Shown in pieces: positions 1-13,644 of a stretch of DNA of 64,000 nucleotides (the first letter of the stretch is position 1; each line of letters opens with the position of its first letter). Source of the stretch: Octopus sinensis (Eukaryota); assembly GCF_006345805.1 (NCBI RefSeq), contig NC_043006.1, positions 92,690,001 to 92,754,000 on the forward strand, in the 5' to 3' direction. The position numbers were made by a program, and so were the translations under genes. A model generated the notes under the pieces. That model did no database searches and was not told the DNA's origin. It was given only the letters and a program-made list of their open reading frames with translations.

Positions 1-700
1 AATGATTCATTAAACTAGATTCCAAGAATAACCGGGTCAGTCAGTTTCTCTTGGGTCACCGTGTTCTACAACAAGTCTTTGATGAAATTTACTCCGTTGA
101 AAGGCCTACATTTCAGTTGGATGCAACTGGAACTTACAATGTACAGGATGCTTCCAGTGCTATATACATTTGGAAAGAATGTACTTTAGCTTGTACATAC
201 TTATGGAATTTTTAATTTGACATAACCGAATATCTCCATGGAAAATTTGGTGCATTTATTGTCTCAAGGTGCCTCGTTTATTCTTGCATTCTTCCTATGT
301 GATCGTTTGGTTATTTGTCCAATAATCTTGCGCATGGATAGTTGCGCTCATGTTCTATCAGGCTTCGATATTGCAACACAGCTCCAAAGCGATCCATTAA
401 TTGTGTTTGTAGAGTGGAACCGCTTTGACTCTTCGGCAACGACTATAGAAATATTTTTCTGCCTTTCGATTATCAAAGATTTTGAAGTAAATTTATATCT
501 TTTCAACAGTACCCAAGTTGTTCAAAAACAGAAATCCTGCTCCTGTTCGACGCATCATATTTATGGGAGAAAGGCATTTAGGGTTCAGCAAATATATGAA
601 CAGAAGAAGAACAACAACAAACAAATAAAACCAAGCACAATACTCATCTATAGGTTGAAGGCGATATCCGACTTTGCTGACAACCAATCGATCTGGAATC
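1..700 (-). mobile_element. Degenerate hAT transposase 3' region (C-terminal dimerisation domain)
   Basis: Minus-strand reading of 1-180 gives FFPNVY/IAL..CTL*VPVAS..FIKDLL*NTVTQEKLTDPVILGI*, matching the hAT dimerisation pattern FPNVYIAL..TLPVTSA..ERSFSKLK.IK..LRSTMTQERL..L.IL.IE, with stops and frameshifts. The upstream extent is approximate. Confidence 0.65.
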
Positions 701-1136
701 GATCAGCTTGCCAATAAATACACGTGTATCATTATTATAAGATTTTATATTCTGTTAAATTTCGTGTGTATTTTGTATGTGTATTTGTGTTTATATGTAT
801 GTGTGCTTATTTGTATCATATGTGTGTTTGTGTGTGTGTGTATGCGTGCGTATGTTTGTACTTGTGTAATGTGAGTGTGACTGAAAGACTAAGACGTTCG
901 TTGCCCAAATCACGAGTTCCTAGGTTCGAACCCACTGCGTGGCATCATGTATCAATGTTTCACGTCTACATATTTGTGCGTGTTTGTGTACATACACGCA
1001 CATACACACACACACACACACACACATAAGCACACAAACAGACTCACACACACACAGGTACACACGCATATATGCGTCTGTGTACATATACGTATATTTA
1101 GACAACTGCGTACATATATATGTGTATATATATATA

Positions 1137-1340
1137 CTTTTATTCTTGTACTTGTTTCAATCATTTGACTGCGGCCATGCTGGAGCACCGCCTTTAGTCG
1201 AGCAAATTGACTCCAGGACTTATTCTTTGGTTTGTAAGCCTAGTACTTATTCTATCACACTCTTATGCCAAATCGCTAAGTTATGAAGGCGTAAGCATCG
1301 GTTGTCAAGTAATGTTGGGGGGGACAAACACACACACAAA

Positions 1341-1408
<68 letters not shown>

Positions 1409-1576
1409 CATATATACGGCGGGATTCTTTCAGTTTCCGTCTACCAAATCTACTCGCAAGGCTTTGATCAGCCAGAGGCTATAGCAGAAGACACTTCCCC
1501 AAGGTGCCACGCTGTGGGACGAACCCAGAACCATGTGGTTGGTAAGCAAGCTACTTATCACACAACCACTCCTGCG

Positions 1577-1578
<2 letters not shown>
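1137..1578 (-). mobile_element. SINE family A (tRNA-derived head, CORE-like segment, internal microsatellite), near full length
   Basis: Reverse complement starts GGCGCAGGAGTGGTTGTGTGATAAG (A-box-like), then B-box-like GGTTCGTCCC and CACCTTGGGGAAGTGTC. It has a central (TA)/(CA) tract and an A-rich tail, and about 12 related copies occur in the window. Confidence 0.85.
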
Positions 1579-1650
<72 letters not shown>

Positions 1651-2399
1651 GTACGCGGTTGTTTAATTTTATATATATGAAGACATACATGTGTATGTGC
1701 ATAACCGCATGTGTCTTCATATTACACTATGAAATAATGCGTGGATTATTATGGATTATTTACAGACGAATAAAATACGAATGCACAACTGCGAATAGAG
1801 TCTCAAAAACGGTAAAATGTTCCTTTCTTTCAATTTAAAATTTAATAATTTTCATTATATTGAGTCAATATCAACATCATAGTCTTTTTATGTTTTTCTT
1901 AAAAACCAAAACCGCATTTTATTGAATGTAACGTAAATATTTTATTCTTTGTTGGAAGTGTGGTATTTTATTTCATTATTTGTGTATTAGCACATAGATT
2001 ACAATATTATCGAGAAAACCTAGAAATATTTACAGGTAATTATCATTATTCTGAAAGTTTTTTTATCACAATATTATTATCAAACTAAAAGTTCTCACTG
2101 TTTTTCTGTTTGCTACTCAGAGAAGTCTGATAATATCCTCGTCCATTCAAATGACTTGTCAATCACTCTGTCACTTATAATTCTCATACGTCCAAACAAT
2201 CTTATCGTTATAGAAGATAAAATCCCGATAATAACATTTACATGAAGACTGCCTAACTATCCAAGAGAGAATAGGCCCGAAAGACATTCGTTTCGTTTTA
2301 AGCATAATGTTATAACACAACTCAAGTTCCTAATATTTTCACGGTCATTTTATTAATCATTCCCTTGTTCATTCGTATTTTAAAGAAAAATGGATGTGA

Positions 2400-2586
2400 T
2401 ATGCTTTTTCTTTCTTCGATTTTAACTTTCTGTTATCGGTCCTTATCTATTTCTGTAGCAGAGCGTAGGCGGGAAACGTCGATGACTCTTCCATTTTTCC
2501 TCAGCGTCAAACTAATACACTTTATTTGTTGTTCACTAGTCCGTCAATCTCTTTCTTCGTTGCTCTTTGCGCTTTGTACATTTTTG

Positions 2587-2590
<4 letters not shown>
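2400..2590 (+). mobile_element. Penelope pLTR-like fragment with decayed hammerhead motif
   Basis: TTCTGTAGCAGAGCGTAGGCGGGAAACGTC at 2451-2480; homologous to the inverted copy at 8605-8765; abuts (TA)n. Confidence 0.45.
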
Positions 2591-2660
<70 letters not shown>

Positions 2661-3488
2661 ATATTTCCGCATTCTCCCACGGACCCTTTACATCATCCGA
2701 CTGATTTGGAGTACCCGATTCGTGGATTTTATTTACCCTTGAATTTACGTTACCCTTAAATTCCTTCGGAGTACGTCGTTCTTGTCCCTTTGATTACACA
2801 CACACAATATTAGATCTCGAGAGGGTGTAAGTGTAGGGTATTTCCTCGTGTTCTGGGTTATCAACACAATCGGATTTTAGACAAATACCGAAAATCTTTG
2901 GGTGTAAAAAAGCCACGTTTCACGAAGGCAAATCTGTTGCGTGGGTGTTGCAAGGAGTAAATTTCAATCCAAATAAGAAGAAAAAAATATCCGTCACGAC
3001 ATCATAAATAATTCACAACAATTGTTTCGCTACCAACTTTGTTTGCAAACGTCAATTTCCATAATATTCGAAGTGAAAATTTACATAAAATTTTCAGTTC
3101 GAATATTATGTAAACTCGCGTTTGCATGCATGTATGTATTTACATATGTGGAGCTTCAACATTGATTGTTGCATTTATGTATGACTGTATAATGTTTCTA
3201 ATACGGTTACATACTTATATTGCTATTATACAGAAACGCGTATAGGTGCCAGAAAGCTTTGAATGCCTCAACTGTTTTATGCTCATGGGTTATGAGAGGT
3301 AATGGTGTCAGGTAATGCTGAGTAAGTGCTATGGATAGACCATAGTTAAGCTCCATTTTTTTAATGATTATTAGAATAAGGAATCCAACGTAAGTCATAT
3401 ATCAAAAATTATTTTATATATAAAAATTTATTTTTCAGAATGAGATAAAAAACCAAGGCTGTCAAGATTTTAGAACATTTATAAAAAA

Positions 3489-3537
3489 GTCTTACAGCTG
3501 TTCCCTGGATATTTATTATATCCCGTCATCGAGGGAC
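3489..3537 (-). ncRNA. Degenerate minimal type-I hammerhead ribozyme
   Basis: Reverse complement GTCCCT-CGATGA-CGGGATATAATAAATATCCAG-GGAA-CAGCTG-TA-AGAC: stem II GGATAT/ATATCC, palindromic stem III, mutated core. Confidence 0.5.
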
Positions 3538-3539
3538 AA

Positions 3540-3730
3540 ACGCAGACAGAAACACACAAATATATATATATATACATATACGACGGGCTTCATTCAGTTT
3601 CCTTGTACCAAATCCACTCATAAGGCTTTGGTCAGCATGAGTTTATAACAAACATCCGTCTACGGTGCCGCATAGTAGGACTGAACCTAATGCCATGTGG
3701 TTGGGAAGCAAGCTTCTTACCACACAGCCA
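3540..3730 (-). mobile_element. SINE family A, 5' half
   Basis: Reverse complement TGGCTGTGTGGTAAGAAGCTTGCTTCCCAACCACATGG...GAAGCCCGTCGTATA matches the family A head. Confidence 0.8.
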
Positions 3731-4535
3731 TATATACACACATGCGCGCGCGCGTATATGAATTTTGGAATTAATAAATATTTACCCATATATATATATA
3801 TGGGTACACATACACTTATATATGTGCGGGCGCGAGCGTGTGTTGTAGAATATTGTGAATGCAAGGTACGTTGCTAAGACATAATGTTGGGGTCATCTTG
3901 GAGTTAAAACTTCAAAATATATGATTATATTTACAAGAGATTGTTTATTGCGACTTTAATTACAGCTGCCCTCTCGGCAATCTATATATAACGTATTTTC
4001 AAAATATAGTTATATATCAAAGGTCTTTTAGATTCTGATCTTTAGCGTTGGATGAAAGGTTAACACTAAGCGTACTATTTTTATCAATATGCCGGTTCAA
4101 AATACATCAAAAATGTTTAAGCAAAAAATTGACTTTGAAACATAACTGACACCTTGTGTGCTTGACTCTCCAGTACAGAATTTCTCTGTCGTTTATGTTT
4201 AAAATATTCTTCTTCTCCATATTAACTGGAAAAGGGAAACAAATTTAAGAACGCGATATCATAAGATCTGATTTCTTATCTCCTATAAAACAGAGAATAA
4301 TATTTACTGAAACGAAACCAATATTAACGTACAACGAAACTTATGGATTCGATTTCACGTGCAAATATACGAGACGAATTGTATACTGCATTAAATTGTA
4401 CACCAGCAAATCACTCCCGTTTGAAAATAATATTAAAACTTCGATTATTACTGGTACAGCCACAAAAAAAGATTTACATGTATGTATTTATATAAACGTG
4501 AGTGTGTGGGTACATACATACATATATACATATAC

Positions 4536-4570
<35 letters not shown>

Positions 4571-4651
4571 CATACATATATATCTTCCACTCTTTCCTCC
4601 TCTCTCTATATAAACACACATTATGCATGTATATTTGTGTATGTATGTGTG

Positions 4652-4721
<70 letters not shown>

Positions 4722-4767
4722 TGGCAAATGAAAGGCGGAAGATGGAATATACGAGAATTTATTATAA

Positions 4768-4819
4768 ATCACGACAATTGTTTCGACACATCTAGCATTG
4801 ATTCTTCATGGGTGGGATA
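4768..4819 (-). ncRNA. Degenerate minimal hammerhead ribozyme in pLTR-like insert (about 4725-5015)
   Basis: Reverse complement ..CACCCA-TGAAGA-ATCAATGCTAGATGTGTC-GAAA-CAATTG-TC-GTGAT, with AATAAA just downstream and a GUC triplet. Confidence 0.5.
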
Positions 4820-7800
4820 CTCAACAGCTGATTCCGGAGCATCCGGTGGTGCACATGTATCTCGTCGGGTTTTAAATAAAAACAACTCGTTAAAGTAAAT
4901 GTTCCGCAATGTGATTTCCCGTTTTGTAGAAAGAAGACCAGCCAGATGGAGGAAATATATTCTTTTATATCGAAGATCAAAAATAAAATCACAGATGCCA
5001 AAAAGAGAGAAAAACACGCATATATATATGCATACACGTGTATATGTCTATATAGAGCGATCGTTAGATGGATAGAAATATATACATACATGCAGACAGA
5101 TAAATAGAATAGAAAATAGAATCAGCTGAAATCATGACAAAACGGACAATTTTACATAGATAAAATTGTTCGATTTTCTGTTGGACACTTGATAAATGAT
5201 TAACTATCAACACTGGTATAAAAGTTTAAAAAAAAGAAGAAAACAAGCATTGCAATCTAAATATAAAATGCAGCGTTTTTGGAATTCTAAGACAGTGTTT
5301 ATCGTAAAGTCACATACCCCGCCCATATAGAAAACATGAAATCAATAAAAACATCTTCACTGCAGCATTATCATAAAATTGCTTCCTAAATTGGAAATGA
5401 ATATTCGAAATGTCTAGACAATGATAACAATCTCTTAAATTTAATTTACCTTTTGATCTTTGAAATGTCAATAAAAATTTCATGATTCCCATTCAACTAC
5501 AATAAATAACGCAACATTAATATTTGTCATATCAATGTCCATTATAAATTGAGTAGAAAATTTGGGGGATGATTCAGATAATTCCGAACAGAAAAGGGCG
5601 TAAAGCTGGTGTCTAAGATACCCGCTGACTTTTCCAGTTTATTATTTTTTCAACTATAATTGCTGTATAGGCCATTGCACAAATTCTGGCGATACTGAAA
5701 TAAAATGATGTCTGCATTATCATGTGTGACTTGTATTGTAATAAAATCTCCATTTTCCTATGGTTGATTGAGAATTGTCTATAGTATGCATGAACTGTAT
5801 TTCTTGGCTGTAATTTATTTACATTCAATATTTTCCATTAATAATGATTCATTAGAAGAATCACATTGATTTCAATATTCCGTAGTATTTTATATCAAAA
5901 TATTTCGAACAAAATAGAAACGGAAATACGAAGTAGTTTTAAAGCAGTGTGACTGAGAGACAAAATAACATACAATGACTCAATTCATACTGAAATAAGG
6001 TTTTCAACATTAAACAAATACACCCCACCCCTTATTTCCTGATGGGGTTTTCTTTAAATGATATTAAAATTCTAAAAATTACGTTATGATAAAACGAAGC
6101 GTATATTCATGCAGTAGGGATTAAATTGTCTGTGCACAATTCTTTAAGTACTACAAATATATTTTATTGAATTCTATGTACATTCAAACAATAGTGTAGG
6201 CGAAAAATATCTTCTACATGACATGTTGAATTCATCGCAGTGGAAAGATAATAAGACTCTTCCCAGTAGCTAATTGAAAGAGGTGATTGAGTTTCTACAG
6301 GAATTATCAAAAGCAGGAAGGGGATTTTTTTTTAACACGTTCATATATAAATCTATAGTAATAATGCCTTGCAGATCTGCTTCGTTTTATAATCTTTAGA
6401 TTTTATAAAAGTTTTATGAAAACTTGATGCTTGTTTTACGATTGTATGCGGTATTTAATGTAGAGGGTATGGCTTTTAGATATTAAAGGATAGATTTAGA
6501 CGTTACATATACGCAAATAAACATCAGCATTTTCTGTCATACTTTTGTAGTACTTCACTCATACCAATCATGGACCTTGTTATAAAGTAGTCTAGAATCA
6601 AAGTCAAACAGCCTGCAAATGATTGCGATGCTATGTGACTATATTCCCTTTTCAGTACATGCTTTTATTTACATCTAAATGTAATATATTGACTGCATGT
6701 TGTGGGAAGAGTAACGAAATGCAAGGAAAACAGTTGTAGAAACGGATTTCCTTCCTTCGTTTAGTTATAGTGTGAGGTAACTCTTTCCTTTCAAAAGAGT
6801 GATGTAATGGAATTAAAGAAGCATGTATCTATGTACTGACAGGAGGGATAACGCCACATAATTAGTGGCAAGGGAATCTTCCCTTTCTGGTTTTATATCA
6901 CATATAGCCGCCTTCTTTATACAGACACACAAATATTTGACCATATATCTCCACTTCCCAGAAGATTTGGAAAAACTGGGTCCCTTAAGTAAAAGAAAAA
7001 TAATTTTATCTTTCAAACAATATGAATTGTCTGATGTCATTTGAACATATACCAAGTTTATTGAAGAGCATTTAACATTTCTCTAATAATATTCTCTCAT
7101 TAAATTTTTCATGCTGTAAACATGAGTAGAGACAAGTATTCTCCCAATCCATTCCAAATTACACACAACTTAATATATTTCCATTACAATTTCTACATCG
7201 TTAAATTAGTTTTCGAACACACTTTTCATTTAATCCACACGCAAGCAGTGCGTCTAAGGCCAACGCAACGTTTTATAACTGCAAACAATTTATTGTTCTC
7301 CACATTCGGGAACCGTCGATTCTGGGCCGAATCTCAGAGGAAACTGTAGCCTTTTTGTTTATGTTACATATCTATCGTCTCGACCCATGTCATTGAAAAA
7401 TGTGTCTGATAAAGCTTGTATTGCGGAAAATGTTTTTATGTGTATTACATTTAAATTGCGATTTATACACATATCCAGATAACAAATCTACATTTATACT
7501 AATAATAATTGGTGCGCTTGGTTTTGTGAGTAAATGCCTGAGTGATGAGCAGGATGCATTTGGATTTTCAGATCAACAAATCAACCAACGAAAAATCGCA
7601 CATTAGAAATACAATCCGTAAGCGGAAAAGTAAAGATATAGAATATTATTATCAAGTCGAAAGTGTAATGGTGCTTTTACCATCTGCATTCCGAAGATGG
7701 AGCGTTGTATCTGTGTTAGGAACCAGCGCTTTCCTTAGACAAAGAATTTAAATAGTTAAAAGCAGAAGAGAACACACATACACACACATATACTACGCGC

Positions 7801-8517
7801 AAGCACTCATACATATAGACATTGGTGAGAGAGAGACAGAGGAAGGAAAGTATACATAAGTATAAGCATACAAATGTACACACACGTGTACGCGTCTATA
7901 TAACTGTGTGTGTGTGTGTGTGCGTGCGTGTGTGTAGGTGTGTGTGTGTAATTTCACACTGAATATATTGTCATGTATATAGTTGGCATGGTGTATGGTG
8001 AACATTAACGGTGAATCGATATTTTATTTACTTTTTCAGAATTGTGATATTTGAATGCTTTCCCTAAACTCTAAAAATAACGAACAATACAAAACAACAA
8101 TCAACGAAGCACAGCAAGAATAGAGATGGCCCCCAATCATTTAATGAGGGTCCATTCATTCTATTTTGCAGAGAAGAGAGAGATGAGTATTTTATTGCTT
8201 CTCTCATTCTGCGAAATAAACGAGGGAGCAGGAAATTAAGATACTACCAGGACAATTAGCTATTCTTGTCCAAGCGTCCATTCCAGTAAAGGGAATAAAA
8301 AATAACAAATTCCTAATTTGGATGTTAATATCATGATGTATATTGAAATCTGTCTCTTAAACATTTAGGAGATATTTTATGACGATTATTTAATTAAATT
8401 TTCATTGGTGTGATTTCAATATTTTCATCTCACCGACGCATACGCAATACATATGTGTGTCTGTATACAAACGCACGCTCACACACATTCATACATGCAT
8501 ACATAATACATGTGTAT

Positions 8518-8558
<41 letters not shown>

Positions 8559-8604
8559 AACATATACAGACACACGCACACACACACATACATATATATA
8601 TATA

Positions 8605-8765
8605 AGGAGAGTTCACGAAAAAAGCAAAAGGAAGACAGGAGGTGTACACAACAAACAGATGTATTAGTATAACGATCGAGAAGTGAAAAGGTCTTTAACG
8701 TTTCGAGCCTACGCTCTTCCACAGAAAAGAACACAGAAAGAAACAAGGAGAGAAAATAAAGAAAA
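8605..8765 (-). mobile_element. Penelope pLTR-like fragment with decayed hammerhead motif
   Basis: Reverse complement of 8691-8726 reads TTCTGTGGAAGAGCGTAGGCTCGAAACGTTAAAGAC (GAAGAG..CGAAACGTT). Flanked on both sides by (TA)n. Confidence 0.5.
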
Positions 8766-9729
8766 TATATATATACGTACATATAGGTATGTGCTTTTGT
8801 GTGCATTAACTGACACTTCGTCGTTGACGATGACGATGATACCAGTTGATGTGACCAATGGAAGAGTCTGCTGACGAAATTAATCTGGAAGTGGCTGACC
8901 TCTCCACAGACACGCATACCCTCAATGTAGTTCTTAGGGATATTCAGCGTAATACAGTATCTGACAAAACTGGCCTTTTTAAATACAGGTACTACTCATT
9001 TTTGCCAGCTGAGTGGATATATATTAGTGTGTGTGTGTATAATGGAATAAGTTGAGGTCGTCGAGAAGGATTACAGATGAACATTTATTTGCGAGCACTA
9101 CAATTGTTTTCACGCAAAATGCTTCTCCAATTTTACAGGTATTTGGTTATGTAACCGTTTCTCTACCTTCTGTGATTGAGTTCTATTTCATCAGGTGACA
9201 GATAAATATTGTTTCTGTGTTCGGTAAGCTCACATTTCCGGCTTCGAACACATCCTTTCTCGTTTGTCGTGACTATGCGAGGTATACCAAGTAGATCATA
9301 CTACTTCTCATAGCCACGATAGAATGAATGTGTTCTGATGAAACACATCTGCCGATGTAGAGGAATGGTTACAACCAAATATCTGCGAACCTGAAGACCT
9401 AAGTTCCGAGGAAGGAACTGCAGTGATTGCAAATAAATGTTCCACTTCACTTGCACTCCTTCTTGTTGACTCTAGCTTAGTCAACTATCCATTCACACAC
9501 TGCAGAAACCCGAACGCCAATTATACCTACCCAGCAGTAGGTATAATACCACTGTTGGCTAGCACCGGGCGAAATACGAAGGTATATGAGATTTATACTG
9601 TACTCTACTACGTTCTTAACAGAGTATAACCTAGCTACACACACACACACGCATATATATATATATATATATAGGTGTATCTATACAGGAATATCGATAC
9701 ATATATTGATATGCATCTGTATTCCTGTT

Positions 9730-9762
<33 letters not shown>

Positions 9763-9780
9763 TTATATATATATAATATA

Positions 9781-12248
9781 TATAATGAAATTAATAAAGA
9801 AGCTAGCGTTATCGCCGCTAAACTTAAATTAGATAAAAAAAATAGAAGTTCTCCACCAAAAAGAGGCCTTTATTACAATTAAAGACCACAAAGAGAACTT
9901 CCTTTCCAACCCTAAATGTAGGCTTATCAACCCAGCTAAGTCAGAATTTGGGATTATTAGTAAAGAAATTTTAGATAAAATAAATGCGAAAATTAAGACC
10001 GCTACTAGGCTAGTACAATGGTCCAATAGTATAGAAGTCGTAGACTGGTTTAAAGCCATTAAGAATAAGAAAAAGCGAGGTTTACACAATTCGATATTGT
10101 TGATTTTTATGCCTCTATCTGTAAAGAACTGCTAGATAAAGCCCTCGTCTTCGCTAGCGATTTCATAGAAATCAGTACAAATGATAAGAACATAATCTTC
10201 CATGCTAGAAAGACCTTACGTTTCAGTGAGAACGCAAAGTGGGTCAAAAATACCGACACAGAAGGTGTTTTCGATGTGAGCATGGGCTCATATGATGGAG
10301 CAGGCATTTGCGATCTTATTGGATTTTTTCTCCTAGAAAACTTTAGGTAAGAAATTTCCTGGCGTATATTTCGCCATCTACAAAGATGATGCCCTCGCTT
10401 TAACCGCTAATACAAATGGACCAGGACAGGATCGTTTTAGGAAGGATACTATCCAATTAATGAAATACTTCGGACTTAGTATAACTATAGATTCTAACCT
10501 GACGGTTGTCAATTTCCTAGACGTTTCCTTAGATCTAAATAAGAATATTTATAAGCCTTATAGGAAGCCCAATGATAGACTTAGTTATATTAATGTAGGT
10601 TCAGGCCATCCCCCTATATTATTCAAAAATTTAGTTTAAAATATTAGTAAGAGAATTTCGCTAGTGGTTTTAGCGAAAAAATAAAATATACACCTGTTAC
10701 TAGCCCAACAGTAAAGAAGACGAAAAATAGAAATAGGAAGATCATCTGGTTTACACCCCCTTACTCATCCGTCAATATAGGTAAATATTTCTTAACACTG
10801 ATAGATAGACATTTTCCAGTTAACCATACTTATAGGAAACTCTTCAATAAACACAATTTAAAAATTAGTTTTAGTTCAACTACCAATTTTAAAAATATAA
10901 TCACACATAACACACAAAAACCACAACAAGAAAACAGCTGTTCATGCAGGAATAAAAAATTGTGCCCGCTTAATGGAGCTTGCATGTCCGAGACCATCAT
11001 CTATGAAGCTACCGTGGACTCTATATAACCACTAAAGACACCGATTCGACGAAGAAATACGTGGGCCTTACAGAGGGTAATTTCAAGGCCAGGTTTAATA
11101 ACCACACCTTGAGTTTTAGGCACTGGAACAAAAGAAAAGCGACAAAATTATCTAATCATATTTGGTCTTTAAAAGATAAATGTGTTGATTATAACATCCA
11201 TTGGAAGATTTTGGCCAAATGTAAGCCCTACACCAACGGCAGCGGAAGGTGCGGTCTATGCGACATGGAGAGATAGCTTATCTGGAAGAGCATCTTAGAC
11301 CCTACTACATGTCTAAACTCAAGGACACAGCTTTTCGGATCATGCCCACATGTGACTAAATTTTTGTTACGTTTTTGGTCCCCTAAAGAAAACAGATAGA
11401 ACTTGCTTTCTATATTATGTCCCAAAAAGATTTTTATCTCATTATACCTTTTATTATTTCATATATTTTTATATTTTCACACATAATAATTTTTTCTGTA
11501 CTCTTCCATCCTGCATTTTTTCCTGTGCCTATATAGACATGTATATAGATTCATTTGTACACGTGTGTGAATATGTATGAGTGGGCAGTTTTAGATGTGT
11601 GCGTGTGTGCGGGCATAAGAATGCACGTATATATATATAGACGTTTTTACTTAGTATTTTTCCATTTTTGGGGGGGGGGATTTGTATATTCATTTTTTGT
11701 ATATGCGTGTGTATGTATGCGTATATAAATATGTGCGAGTATGTACATATATGGGCGTATGTGTGTATGAGTGTATAGGGGCATGTCCGTATATGAACGT
11801 GGTTTTTATGCTTTGTATACTCATGTTTTTTTCTGTTACCTTTAACCATGGTTTTTCTTGTGCTTGTATGTATATAGACGTATGTATGAACTTTTACGGC
11901 ACGCATGTGTGTGTGTATGAGTTTGTATATATATGCGTATATATTTGGCGAAAAATGCGTGTGAAGATGTGTACGTTTTCATAGTGATGTATAAGTACGC
12001 ACGTAGGTTCGCGAGCAGAATTATAACACAGTAATTTCCCTTTATATAACTGTATTTTTTCATAGCGTTTTTCAGATGGCCAGATAACCGAAGAGATGGT
12101 GTTGTGGATTTACACTTCGGCATCTGAAACTCAGAGGTTTATCTTGACTATTGAGTAAATGTAACATATTATTTTATAGATAAATTTCCTCTATTTACAT
12201 AATATTGAGGTCTCTTTCTTTCTTTTGTTATCTTACCGTTTTTACCAA
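9781..12248 (+). mobile_element. Penelope-like retroelement, Naiad-type (RT + C-terminal GIY-YIG endonuclease), 5'-truncated pseudogene
   Basis: Frameshifted reading: AFITIKDHKENFLSNPKCRLINPAKSE..FDIVDFYASI..FDVSMGSYDGAGICDLIG..YKDD..NFLDVSLDL..YKPYRKPN..RNRKIIWFTPPYS..CSCRNKKLCPLNGAC..IIYEATV..YVGLTEGNFKARFNNH..CGLC. It has a 3' hammerhead-like motif and (TA)n at both ends. Confidence 0.9.
12082..12144 (+). ncRNA. Degenerate hammerhead ribozyme in the 3' pLTR of the Naiad-type element
   Basis: AGATAA-CCGAAGA-GATG...CATCT-GAAA-CTCAGAG-GT-TTATCT; stem I AGATAA/TTATCT; core U4 replaced by C. Confidence 0.55.
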
Positions 12249-12249
12249 T

Positions 12250-12322
<73 letters not shown>

Positions 12323-12326
12323 ATGC

Positions 12327-12360
<34 letters not shown>

Positions 12361-12439
12361 TGTTGGCATGAAAAATTATTTTATGGAATGATGAAAAATG
12401 GATCTCGAAGAATATCATAAAGCTATATATAAAAGCATA

Positions 12440-13281
12440 TACAGAGTGTAGTGAAGAAACTGTCGCCTAAATTATGCAAAAATGAATATAACACTGACAT
12501 CTCATTTGAAGCGATATGTTTACCAAAATTACCTAAATATATCTTGAAAGACTAAACAGCAAATATATTTGATAAAATCGCCATTGGCTTCAACCACCAC
12601 TTCCTTCGGACAGTCTCCTTTAAGTTAGTGAATGCTGCCATAATCCTTGCCAGCATTTCATCTTTGGTTTTACATGGGGTTTTGCTGATCTGTCACTCAA
12701 CTGCGCCCCACACATAATAATCAAGGGGGTTGCAGACTGGAGTGTTAGGTGGTCAGATGTAAGGGGTAATGTAGTCGCAGCCATTACTGGGTTCTCCTGC
12801 TTGTGTGGCAAGGTGCAGAGTCCTGTTGCTAACATAGGTCTTCTAGCGCCACCCTCTTGACCTAGGGCAGCACTACCTCCTCCAGGCACTTGATGTAGGC
12901 CTCCACGTTGAGACTGTGGCCGTGTGGGAAGATGAATTGCGACATAACGTCTCCATCACTAGTGATCATTCCAAGCACCATGATGTTAGCTGGATGTTTG
13001 ATTTCCATGGCTCTCGGTACATGTTTTTTGGGACACGGCAAACCAATGGTTGTCCTGTGTGTTCAGCATCTGTTCGTATTGGAGCTTCCGATGCGAATTC
13101 CAAGCAGTACAGCATGTCACTTCCAAATTTCTGGCATAGCGGATTGCATCATGGTGCTGTTTTTCACATAGATGGTGTCCAGCAGACCCTACTATACCGT
13201 GTAGTCAAATCAAAAGCAAACAATATGCATGTGCGAAGTTAATACGATAAAATGGCGACAATTTACCCATCGCACCGTGTA
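12440..13281 (-). mobile_element. Tc1/mariner relic (maT/DD37D-like), internally deleted, both TIRs present
   Basis: Minus strand QQDSAPCHTSRRTQ*WL..PPNTPVCNPLDYYVWGAVE. TIRs TACAGAGTGTAGTGAAGAAACTGTCGCC (12440) and the reverse complement TACACGGTGCGATGGGTAAATTGTCGCC (13254-13281); TA ends. Confidence 0.8.
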
Positions 13282-13509
13282 GATATTGAGTTGAAATCCC
13301 TTTGGGTTAGAAAATGTCAACGACCACTATCGGGACTCGACCACGCTTCCTCTGTAAACGTACCATTCCATGTTAATATCTATAGCTTTATCTGCTACTT
13401 CGAGATTCACTATCGCATAATAAAGTTATATATATTATAATATATGTGTGCGTTTGTGCATGTCTGAATCTAAATATTTCTATACAAATGTATGTATAAT
13501 TAAACATAA

Positions 13510-13582
<73 letters not shown>

Positions 13583-13612
13583 TTATATACTCATAAACAC
13601 ACATACACAATT

Positions 13613-13644
<32 letters not shown>

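Noticed and set aside
238-717. 159-aa plus-strand ORF
   Set aside because: No recognisable motif; it is antisense to the decayed hAT transposase.
5613-5700. Possible minus-strand exon after TTTTATTTCAG
   Set aside because: Weak donor (GTATCT) and no recognisable peptide.
9860-11280. Possible selenocysteine recoding, as reported for some Naiad elements
   Set aside because: The Cys positions I read are TGT/TGC and the in-frame stops seen are TAA/TAG, not TGA.
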